A stretch of 10,979 nt of DNA, from NCBI GenBank assembly GCA_051117555.1, contig JBNPEG010000044.1, positions 1 to 10,979 of the forward strand. The letters are read 5' to 3'. The notes under the pieces are model-generated. The model saw nothing but the letters and a program-made list of their open reading frames with translations, was not told the DNA's origin and made no database searches. This document shows, in pieces, positions 1-7,278 of the stretch (position 1 is its first letter; every line of letters begins with the position of its first letter). The translations under genes were made by a program, and so were the position numbers. This DNA is from Elainellaceae cyanobacterium. Its GTDB lineage: Bacteria > Cyanobacteriota > Cyanobacteriia > CAZCXK01.

Positions 1-103
1 AGCAATCCGTTCATTAGCTCGTGTGTAAATTTAGGAACACCGTTTGAAGATGTGTCTCGCTGTTGTAACTCAATTTTATTCAAAGGAGCGCTAGGTTAGA
101 TCA

Positions 104-1786
104 ATGCAACGGACAGTGGAGTGGTGGCAAAATGCAATTATTTATCAAATTAATCCATGGAGCTTTTTAGATACCGATGGAGATGGGGTTGGAAATCTAG
201 ATGGAATTATCAAAAAATTAGACTATATCTGCGCTCTCGGCGTTGATGCGATTTGGCTCTGCCCAATCTTTGAATCTGAGAAAGACGATCTTGGGTATGA
301 CATTATCGATATGCGGGCGATCGATAAAGTTTTTGGTGACTTAGACGATTTCGATCGCCTCGTAGCGTTAGCCCATGCACGAGGGCTAAGAATTCTGATT
401 GATCAGGTCTGGAGTCATACCTCTGATCGGCACTCGTGGTTTCTTGAAAGCCGTCAAAGTCGAGATAATCCTAAGGCAGACTGGTATGTGTGGTCAGATC
501 CAAAGCCGGATGGCTCCCCGCCTAATAACTGGCTCTCTGCTTTCATGGGAAAGAGTGCATGGCAGTGGTGTCCTGAGCGTGAGCAATATTATTTCTTTAA
601 TTTTCTTCCCAGCCAACCCGACCTCAACTGGCATAATCCAGAAGTTGTAGAGGCCGTTCTCAAACGAGCCAAATTTTGGCTTGACCGGGGTGTAGATGGC
701 TTTCGCATTGATGCGGTAAATTTCTATATTCACGATCAGCACCTACGCGATAATCCGCCTCGCCCCAAGGATGCACCCTTGCCTGACGGAATTGCGCCCA
801 ATAATCCGATGGTCGAGCAACTGTTTGAATATAGCTTTTGCCGCCCTAAAACATTGGAGATGCTAAAGCCACTACGAGATTTAGTTGATCAGTATCCGAA
901 CGCGACGACGCTCGGTGAAGTAACGCTATGCGAAGACTCTATTGCACTTTCGGGGGACTATGTTGCAGGCGATGACCGCCTCCATCTGGCCTATAACAGC
1001 GCATTGCTCGTCGACGAACCCATTAGCGCTCGCTTAATTCACGATACGGTGAAGCGAGTTGCCAAAAATTTTCCGCATGGTGGGCATTGTTGGATGGTAG
1101 GCAACCATGATTATGGTCGTCTCAAGTCTCGCTGGACTGGCAAAGATGCATCAGGAAAGCCTTACCCTGACTACTTTTATCAAATGATTGCAGCGATGCT
1201 CGTTGCGCTGCCTGGAGCATTTTGCCTGTATCAAGGTGATGAACTAGGGCTTGAGGAAGCCTCAATTCCAGAGGATATTCCGGTTGCGGCGATTCAAGAC
1301 CCATTTGGGAAGGCGCTATATCCTGATTTGCCGGGGCGAGATGGCTCACGCACGCCAATGCCATGGCTTGCAGATGCCCGCAACTGTGGCTTTACAACTG
1401 CTCCGGCCCCTTGGCTACCTATTCCCGATCATCACTTAGACCAAGCAGTTGACGCAGAAGGTCTCGATCCTAATTCTCTTCTGAACACGTGGCGACGCCT
1501 GTTGCATTGGCGAAAACGTCAACCGGCTCTCATGCAGGGGAGTTGCAACGTGCTTGATGTTGAGGAACCCCTGTTTGTCTTCCTGCGCCAGGCTCGCAAT
1601 CAGCGGATGCTGTGTGTATTTAATCTCAGTGATGAACCTGCTCGCTACAATCTGTCGCTTCACGGCACGTGTGAGCCTACTACGGGATCAGGATTTGAGA
1701 TGAAGCGTGAAGGCAATGAGTTAATCGTCGATGGGTATAGCGCGTGTTTCTGTCAACTTTCTCCCGATGCTGTTTGGGATTGGTAG
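104..1786 (+). CDS. GH13 alpha-glucosidase (oligo-1,6-glucosidase/AglA-like)
   Basis: 560-aa ORF with WWQNAIIYQINPWSF start, DTDGDGVGNL loop, GYD, DQVWSH, QPDLNW, catalytic motifs DGFRIDAVN (nucleophile), GEV (acid/base), NHD, plus YQGDELG and RDGSRTPMPW. Confidence 0.93.
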   Translation: MQRTVEWWQNAIIYQINPWSFLDTDGDGVGNLDGIIKKLDYICALGVDAIWLCPIFESEKDDLGYDIIDMRAIDKVFGDLDDFDRLVALAHARGLRILIDQVWSHTSDRHSWFLESRQSRDNPKADWYVWSDPKPDGSPPNNWLSAFMGKSAWQWCPEREQYYFFNFLPSQPDLNWHNPEVVEAVLKRAKFWLDRGVDGFRIDAVNFYIHDQHLRDNPPRPKDAPLPDGIAPNNPMVEQLFEYSFCRPKTLEMLKPLRDLVDQYPNATTLGEVTLCEDSIALSGDYVAGDDRLHLAYNSALLVDEPISARLIHDTVKRVAKNFPHGGHCWMVGNHDYGRLKSRWTGKDASGKPYPDYFYQMIAAMLVALPGAFCLYQGDELGLEEASIPEDIPVAAIQDPFGKALYPDLPGRDGSRTPMPWLADARNCGFTTAPAPWLPIPDHHLDQAVDAEGLDPNSLLNTWRRLLHWRKRQPALMQGSCNVLDVEEPLFVFLRQARNQRMLCVFNLSDEPARYNLSLHGTCEPTTGSGFEMKREGNELIVDGYSACFCQLSPDAVWDW

Positions 1787-1839
1787 GTGATAATTTGCAC
1801 GAACTGCGGTGCATCTTTAACGTTTCACTCGAACCCTTC

Positions 1840-1987
1840 ATCACGTTAGGAGCGATCGCCTAGCGTCGCGTAGGGGCAGGTTTTGATAGTAACGTCCCGC
1901 ATCGCCATCAACGTATTACCTAAACCTGCCCCTACGCGTTGGGATTAATATCCATCCCCGCAAATCGTTACGACATTCTGACGTGAT
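1840..1987. repeat. MITE-like element with imperfect terminal IR enclosing a GTAG-type REP hairpin
   Basis: ATCACGTTAGGA (1840-1851) / TTCTGACGTGAT (1976-1987) match 10/12 as an inverted repeat; inside is a perfect 17-bp IR CGCGTAGGGGCAGGTTT (1867-1883) / AAACCTGCCCCTACGCG (1922-1938). Confidence 0.75.
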
Positions 1988-2009
1988 AATGATGGGCGAT
2001 CGCGCAGCG

Positions 2010-2128
2010 TAGTGGTTTGACATGCCTAAAATAGTGCAAATCCTTAAAGGGCTGAATTCCTTGAGACCGGTGCGTTACGCTGCGCTAACAGCACCCTACC
2101 GATGCATTATTTTAGCTGTGCCACGCTA
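2010..2128. repeat. MITE-like element with IR enclosing a minus-strand GTAG REP
   Basis: CTAAAATAGTGCA (2026-2038) / TGCATTATTTTAG (2103-2115) 12/13 IR; internal hairpin 2069-2099 reads GTAGGGTGCTGTTAGCGCAGCGTAACGCACC on the minus strand. Outer boundaries approximate. Confidence 0.7.
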
Positions 2129-2253
2129 GTAGGATGGGTTAGCGTAAGCGTAACCCATCGAAAGTATTGCTAGTGTTGGGTTAGCTCCTGTGGAGACGCT
2201 TCGCGTTTCTTTTATGCCCCTTGGGCTATATGCTCCGCTCAACGCCAACCTAC
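2129..2253. repeat. Inverted pair of GTAG-family REP sequences (REPIN-like), second copy interrupted
   Basis: GTAGGATGGGTTAGCGTAAGCGTAACCCATC (2129-2159, +) faces GTTGGGTTAGCTCC...GCTCAACGCCAACCTAC (2175-2253, -), which carries a 48-nt insertion. Confidence 0.75.
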
Positions 2254-2349
2254 ATTAGAACTTTTGTCAGTCAACGAGGGGTCTATAGAAGAAGCCGGGA
2301 ATCTAAAGTCTACCTTTTCAAGTTTCGATAAAGAAATTGAGTAATACGG

Positions 2350-2378
2350 TTGTTTTTGCTAGCAACGTGCGGTATTCT
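2350..2378 (+). promoter_or_regulatory. Putative sigma70 promoter for the leader/small ORF
   Basis: TTGTTT (2350-2355), 17-nt spacer, TATTCT (2373-2378); the implied start (~2385) coincides with the 5' arm of the long-range leader stem. Confidence 0.35.
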
Positions 2379-2387
2379 CGGCTATCA

Positions 2388-2583
2388 AGCGCTCAAACAT
2401 GAGCAGCGTCCCCCAGCAGTGCGCGCAACACGTGCCGGGAGACTGACCCTCCAATCTGACACACCAGACGGAAGGCTACAGGCATTATGACACTCCTGTT
2501 AGCCATCCCGCTTTGCTATGCAGACCGGAGAGATGGCTTCTCGTTTGAGCGCTCCTTCAACTAACCAAAAGGAGTGTTTTATC
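2388..2583 (+). promoter_or_regulatory. Structured 5' leader RNA with SD-sequestering helices
   Basis: 11-bp long-range stem 2388-2398/2543-2553; hairpins at 2404-2446, ~2448-2475 and 2501-2538; anti-SD segments 2490-2497 and 2552-2557 complementary to the SD region 2569-2577. Confidence 0.55.
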
Positions 2584-2822
2584 ATGACCAACTTTAATGA
2601 ACCGCCCTCACAGGCGGATACGTCGTCGCGCGATCGCGCGACGACGGTGAAACCCTGCGCGTGATTGCGGTGGGGTCACTCACCGTCGTCAATCAATACA
2701 TCATGCAGATGTATCAACTCCGGTACGCGCAGCCCTATGAATGGTCAAAGCCCATTCCCACGGTCAATCCGAATGAGGTGATGTGTATTCTCACGCGCCA
2801 CTTCAAAGGGTTAAACGATTAA
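2584..2822 (+). pseudogene. Small cyanobacterial hypothetical protein (~79 aa if repaired), frameshifted near 2621-2646
   Basis: SD AAGGAG (2569-2574) precedes ATG 2584 (MTNFNEPPSQADTSS, stop at 2662-2664); the -1 frame reads DDGETLRVIAVGSLTVVNQYIMQMYQLRYAQPYEWSKPIPTVNPNEVMCILTRHFKGLND to TAA 2820-2822, resembling from memory a family of small cyanobacterial proteins (GS...YA...EWS..P....EVM.IL.R). Missing from the ORF track; GTG 2661 could give a 53-aa product. Confidence 0.65.
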
Positions 2823-2854
2823 CCAAAAGCCAGTGATCTTAGGGGGGTATGCGA

Positions 2855-3018
2855 GGGCATGACAGTATGCGTTTAGCGCATGTGTGAGATCCCCCGCTGA
2901 CGCTGCCCCCTTTTTAAGGGGGCTATTTACAGGGTGTTGAAGTCCCCCTTTTCCAAGGGGGATTTAGGGGGATCTCTAGGGCGTTACGCTAAATACATAC
3001 GCATAACATATCATGCCC
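2855..3018. repeat. Nested-hairpin dispersed repeat/MITE-like element, possible bidirectional terminator
   Basis: Three concentric IRs (2855-2862/3011-3018; 2865-2878/2987-3000; GAGATCCCCC 2886-2895 / GGGGGATCTC 2967-2976) enclose twin CCCCCTT-N3/4-AAGGGGG hairpins (2905-2923, 2943-2962); lies between convergent genes. Confidence 0.75.
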
Positions 3019-3045
3019 CTACCTGATGCCTTCTTTACCTAACAA

Positions 3046-3879
3046 TTAATACGATTGATTCGCCGCGACTCGTCGCCCCAACGGAATACACAAGGGAGTG
3101 CCTGTCACTGGATCGGGGATGATGCAACTTTCTAAACCAAACACTTCCCGCACCATTCTTTCAGTCATCACGCTCTGAGGCATTCCTTGTGCATAGATTT
3201 GCCCGTGTTTCATCGCCACTAGATGATGGGCGTAGCGGCAGGCTTGATTCAAATCATGCAACACCAAGACGATAGTGCGTCCTTTACTGAGATGCAAATC
3301 ATATAGCAAATCCAATACTTCAACTTGGTGAGCTAAATCCAAAAACGTGGTCGGTTCATCCAGTAATAGAATATCCGTGTCTTGGGCGAGAGTCATCGCA
3401 ATCCAGGCGCGCTGTCGCTGTCCACCTGAGAGGGTGTCTAGCGGACGGTTTGCCAGCTCTGTCATTTCCGTGATTGCCAGTGCTTGCTCCACCGCGTGCT
3501 CATCCGCCTTTGACCACTGCTGGAGCCAATTTTGATAGGGATAGCGACCCTGAGCCGCCAACTCTCGGACTGTCAAACCCTCTGGTGCAACTGGACTTTG
3601 GGGTAATAGCCCAAGTTGACGGGCGATCGCCTTGGTCGACTGTTTGGCGATCGCTCGACCATTGAGATAAACGACCCCTCCCTGAGGCTTGAGTAAGCGC
3701 CCCAATCCCTTCAATAGAGTCGATTTACCACAGCCATTCGGCCCCACGAGTGCGGTGATTTTCCCGGTGGGAATTGCCAAACTCAGATCGCGGATAATCA
3801 ACTCTCGGTCATAGCCGAGGCTGAGCTGTCTCGCTTCCAGTTGAGAATTGAATAGATAATCGCCCATGTGGTAGACCAT
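3046..3879 (-). CDS. fecE: Iron-siderophore/Fe(III)-dicitrate ABC transporter ATP-binding protein (FecE/FhuC family)
   Basis: Walker [10 protein letters not shown], signature LSGGQRQR, Walker B LLLDEPT, H-loop VLHDLN, C-terminal [10 protein letters not shown]. Start trimmed to ATG 3879 (alternative 3867) to avoid overlap with the upstream permease. Confidence 0.93.
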   Translation of the reverse strand: MVYHMGDYLFNSQLEARQLSLGYDRELIIRDLSLAIPTGKITALVGPNGCGKSTLLKGLGRLLKPQGGVVYLNGRAIAKQSTKAIARQLGLLPQSPVAPEGLTVRELAAQGRYPYQNWLQQWSKADEHAVEQALAITEMTELANRPLDTLSGGQRQRAWIAMTLAQDTDILLLDEPTTFLDLAHQVEVLDLLYDLHLSKGRTIVLVLHDLNQACRYAHHLVAMKHGQIYAQGMPQSVMTERMVREVFGLESCIIPDPVTGTPLCIPLGRRVAANQSY

Positions 3880-3884
3880 GTGTT

Positions 3885-4940
3885 TTATTTGAGGCCCATT
3901 GACCGTCGCTGAATCAGAAGATAGAGGAAATAGGGGGCACCAATGACAGACGTAATCAGACCGCACGGGAGTTCAATCGGGGCAAAGAGCGATCGCCCCA
4001 GCAAATCTGCCACCACCACCAGCAACCCACCTGTCAGCGCCGCTGTCAGCAGCAACCCTTCATGAGATGGTCCTACCAAGCGACGGGCAATATGGGGCGC
4101 AATGAAGCCGACAAACCCAACCGTGCCAGCCGTTGCGACTGCGGCTCCAGCTAGAGCCACACTGGTCACGAGTAAAAGTCCTCGCCGCCACTCCAGCGGG
4201 CTGCCTACCCCTCGCGCCACATCGTCCCCTAAATTCAAGGCATTCAAGTCTCGCGCCATGACAATCGCAATGGGAACAAACACCACCAACCAAGGCAGCA
4301 TTGCCCTTACTTCGCCCCAACTGCGTCCATAAACACTGCCCGCTAGCCAGACCAGCGCCTGTGAGACATCATTAATATTGCCAAAGGTCACCAAAATATT
4401 GGTGATTGCCCCTGCCATTAGCGAAAAGCCAATGCCGACCAATACTAGCCGAATGGGAGAACTACCTCCCTGCCAAGCTAAACGATAGATTAAAACAAAT
4501 ACCGTGAAGCCGCCTATGAACGCTGCAATGGGCAGTATCGAAACCGGAACATTTGGCAAGGCGATAATCAGCGTGACAGCAGCTAGCGCGGCTCCGGCAT
4601 TGATGCCAATGATATCAGGGGCTGCGAGGGGGTTGCGAAGGATGCCTTGAGTGATCGTGCCGGCGATCGCCAGCCCCACACCCACCATGACTGCAACTAA
4701 TGCGCGAGGCAACCGCAACGTATTCACAATAAACGCATAATCGGCGTTGCTGGTTTCTAGCCCAATCATTGTTCTTGCCACATCCAAGGGCGGCACCGGA
4801 TACTCTCCATAGCTCACGTTAACGACTAAGGCGATGAGCGTCAGGCTGAGCAAAATCAACAGCAAGCCTGGCACTCGGCGATCGACGCGAAAGGAGAGCG
4901 GTACGTGATGGCTGCGAATCACAATCCAGCTTTGTTTCAT
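3885..4940 (-). CDS. fecD: Iron-siderophore ABC transporter permease (FecD family)
   Basis: Hydrophobic 351 aa with [52 protein letters not shown] overlap with the upstream permease at 4937-4940. Confidence 0.92.
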   Translation of the reverse strand: MKQSWIVIRSHHVPLSFRVDRRVPGLLLILLSLTLIALVVNVSYGEYPVPPLDVARTMIGLETSNADYAFIVNTLRLPRALVAVMVGVGLAIAGTITQGILRNPLAAPDIIGINAGAALAAVTLIIALPNVPVSILPIAAFIGGFTVFVLIYRLAWQGGSSPIRLVLVGIGFSLMAGAITNILVTFGNINDVSQALVWLAGSVYGRSWGEVRAMLPWLVVFVPIAIVMARDLNALNLGDDVARGVGSPLEWRRGLLLVTSVALAGAAVATAGTVGFVGFIAPHIARRLVGPSHEGLLLTAALTGGLLVVVADLLGRSLFAPIELPCGLITSVIGAPYFLYLLIQRRSMGLK

Positions 4941-5971
4941 CGTCTGATCCTCGTGCGAATCAAATAGATGAAGAAGGGCGCACCTATCAAGGGCATGACT
5001 AGACCCACAGGCAGTTCTTGCGGGCGAATCACGAGTCGAGCGCAGATATCGGCAACAAGAAGAATCACTGCTCCGAAAATAGCAGCATAGGGTAGAATCC
5101 AGCGGTAATCGACTCCAACCAAGAACCTGACCAAGTGCGGCACGATCAATCCCACAAAGCCAATTGGGCCTGCAATCGAAACGCTACTTCCAATCAGAAG
5201 TACAGCGCTGATGGCTCCCAGTCCTTTAATCCAGGCTGTATTTTGTCCCAGTCCTTTAGCAACCCCTTCACCCAAGCTCAAGGTCGTGACATGCCGTCCC
5301 AATGCAAGAGCCACTAGAAAGCCGATGATGAGAAACGGAATAACCTGTCGAACAAGATTGACATCTCCTCCGGCCAATGAGCCTGCTAGCCAAAAGCGGA
5401 CTTGTTCGAGGGTTTGCTGATTGAGAATTAAAATACCGCTAGTCAACGTGCCAATCAGCGTCGAAAAGACAGTGCCTGCTAGGGTCAAATTCAAGGGCGT
5501 CACGCCACCGGGGCCTAATGCCGCAAAGACGTAAACCAAGGCCGCCGTTATTGCGCCTCCTAGCAGGGCAAACCAGGCATAAACACTCAGCGAATTGACC
5601 CCAACGATAAACGTGGACACCACCACGGCAAACGCCGCTCCCGTGCTGACTCCTAAAATACTAGGCGACGCGAGCGGATTGTTCGTCAATCCCTGCATGA
5701 TAGCTCCGGCGATCGCCATTGATGCTCCTACCAATACTGCAATCAGCGATCGCGGCAGTCGCACCGTGCGAATAATCAAGTGATTGGTAGAACTCTCATC
5801 AAAAACAAACAGGGCTCGCCATACCTCATCGGGCGTGATATCTGCGGCTCCTAAGCCAATGCTGGCAAATAGACAAAGCATCAGAACACCCCCACCCATT
5901 ACCAACCCAATGAGCAGAATCAAGGGCGATCGCCTTAGCCTAAAATTCCGTTGAGACATTGACTGCACCAT
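4937..5971 (-). CDS. fecC: Iron-siderophore ABC transporter permease (FecC family)
   Basis: VRLPR, NNPLASPSILG, RFWLAGS, LGEGVAKGLG, GPIGFVGLIVPH, GAPFFIYL; alternative start ATG 5959. Confidence 0.92.
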   Translation of the reverse strand: MVQSMSQRNFRLRRSPLILLIGLVMGGGVLMLCLFASIGLGAADITPDEVWRALFVFDESSTNHLIIRTVRLPRSLIAVLVGASMAIAGAIMQGLTNNPLASPSILGVSTGAAFAVVVSTFIVGVNSLSVYAWFALLGGAITAALVYVFAALGPGGVTPLNLTLAGTVFSTLIGTLTSGILILNQQTLEQVRFWLAGSLAGGDVNLVRQVIPFLIIGFLVALALGRHVTTLSLGEGVAKGLGQNTAWIKGLGAISAVLLIGSSVSIAGPIGFVGLIVPHLVRFLVGVDYRWILPYAAIFGAVILLVADICARLVIRPQELPVGLVMPLIGAPFFIYLIRTRIRR

Positions 5972-6111
5972 CTTGATCAGAACCAGATGAAAACTATTGC
6001 CAAAGAATATAGAGCGATCGCTGGCAGACTTGAAATAAATGGTGCAGAAGCGCTTATTCTCATGAGCACTGAATCCTAGCCAAACCGCAACATTAAACAG
6101 ACATCACATCT

Positions 6112-6132
6112 TATTGCAATGGGTTTTCAATA
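6112..6132. promoter_or_regulatory. Putative Fur (FurA) box upstream of the fecCDE-like operon
   Basis: AT-rich IR TATTGCAA-TGGGT-TTTCAATA (7/8 arm match) about 140 bp upstream of an iron-uptake operon. Confidence 0.6.
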
Positions 6133-6248
6133 GTCAAGTCAACTCGGTTTAAGCTAGGTGTATGGTTAGGGAGGTCTGCGGCATATCGGGTTTTCTCGTC
6201 GTCTCCGTCGCCGTACAGGGCTGGAACGGAGCGATCGCGCAGCTTTTG

Positions 6249-6977
6249 TTATACGTTTGGGAGCTGGTTAGGGTCAATTCCTTGCGATCGCAAATAATTT
6301 TCCAGTTTCTCTTTGGCTTGCTGTTCCTGATCTGCCCGTTGTCGTTCTTGTTCAGCCCGTTGCCGTTCTGCTTCTTCGGGCAAAGGAATCAGCTCTCCGT
6401 CTACCGTAAACCACCGCAACTGCCGTTCATGAATCCCAAGTGCTAGCCCTAACTGATCGCTGGGCAGATGATTCTGCTCTGTTGGCTGAATCGCCTCATA
6501 CTGTCTATTGACAAGATGAAATCCTGCAAATTCTAGGGTTTCGGGATGAAACCAGTAATACTCTGGTAAGCGCCACACGTCTTGGTAGAGCCTCTTCTTT
6601 GCGCCTTTATCGACATTTGCCGTAGAACTGGAGAGTAATTCAATCACGACATTGGGATATTTTCCGCCTTCTTCCCAAATGGCCCAACTGCGGCGGTCTC
6701 TTTTTTCGGTTCCCAACACGACAAACACGTCTGCCCCTCGGAAGTCTCGCGACTTCAACTGCTGTGTGTTGTAATAAACAGTCAGGTTGCCGGAAATATA
6801 GAAGTCTTGCCGATCGTGCCACCAGTGCTTGAGTAAACGAATGAGCAAGTCGATCTGGTTACGATGAAGGTCAGTTTCCAAGGGCGGTTCATCACTCTCC
6901 AGGTTACTCGGGGGAAACTCAATCGTGTCATCAACATTCTCATCAACAGCGGACGGATTCTCGTTTAGATAAACCAT
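6249..6977 (-). CDS. Uma2 family (DUF820) putative restriction-type endonuclease
   Basis: SDEPPLETDLH, FRGADVFVV, PNVVIELLSSSTANVDKGAKK, EYYWFHP, LRWF and C-terminal ERQRAEQ heptad coiled coil typical of cyanobacterial Uma2 paralogues. Confidence 0.9.
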   Translation of the reverse strand: MVYLNENPSAVDENVDDTIEFPPSNLESDEPPLETDLHRNQIDLLIRLLKHWWHDRQDFYISGNLTVYYNTQQLKSRDFRGADVFVVLGTEKRDRRSWAIWEEGGKYPNVVIELLSSSTANVDKGAKKRLYQDVWRLPEYYWFHPETLEFAGFHLVNRQYEAIQPTEQNHLPSDQLGLALGIHERQLRWFTVDGELIPLPEEAERQRAEQERQRADQEQQAKEKLENYLRSQGIDPNQLPNV

Positions 6978-7214
6978 GTCACGATACTCCGATCAGAGGC
7001 TTCCAACATAGCTCTCAGTATAGCTTGAGGGATATCAGTAGGTAGACACAATTAAATGCTTCTGTAAGGTGCCACAACAAGTCGCTCCATAGGGCTGTTC
7101 CCTGAGGGAAGTCGAAGCCCTCGATTATTTTGAGGGCAAAAATCCGTTTGGGGCGCAGAATGATCCGGATGGGAGCCATGATACTGCCCATAACGACTCA
7201 TTTCCCGGTATCTT

Positions 7215-7256
7215 CTTGAGAACAGTTCTTAGCAACGGTATTGCGAACTGTTTCAA
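7215..7256 (+). promoter_or_regulatory. Tandem Fur-like boxes upstream of the TonB-receptor remnant
   Basis: TTGAGAACAGTTCTTAG (7216-7232, core AGAAC-A-GTTCT palindrome) and ATTGCGAACTGTTTCAA (7240-7256), followed by SD GGAGAGG (7266-7272) and ATG 7279. Confidence 0.55.
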
Positions 7257-7278
7257 AAGGTGTGTGGAGAGGATCGTG

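Noticed and set aside
1840..2275. CRISPR array or integron attC cassette array
   Set aside because: Hairpins differ in sequence, are inverted rather than direct repeats, lack regular spacers or cassette ORFs, and no cas or intI gene is present.
3880..3966. N-terminal extension of the ABC ATPase ORF to GTG 3966
   Set aside because: Overlaps the permease by 82 nt and is not ATPase-like; ATG 3879 or 3867 is more plausible.
7038..7056. GTAGGTAGACACAATTAAA as a MITE end
   Set aside because: Resembles cyanobacterial repeat ends from memory, but no partner IR is visible in the window.
7098..7137. Palindrome TTCCCTGAGGGAA and hairpin GCCCTC...GAGGGC as terminator
   Set aside because: No U-tract follows the hairpin on either strand; function unsupported.
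7093..7278. Open frame upstream of the receptor ATG, including the TTG 7216 start
   Set aside because: Runs through Fur-like boxes and the SD, with no recognisable protein similarity; treated as promoter DNA.
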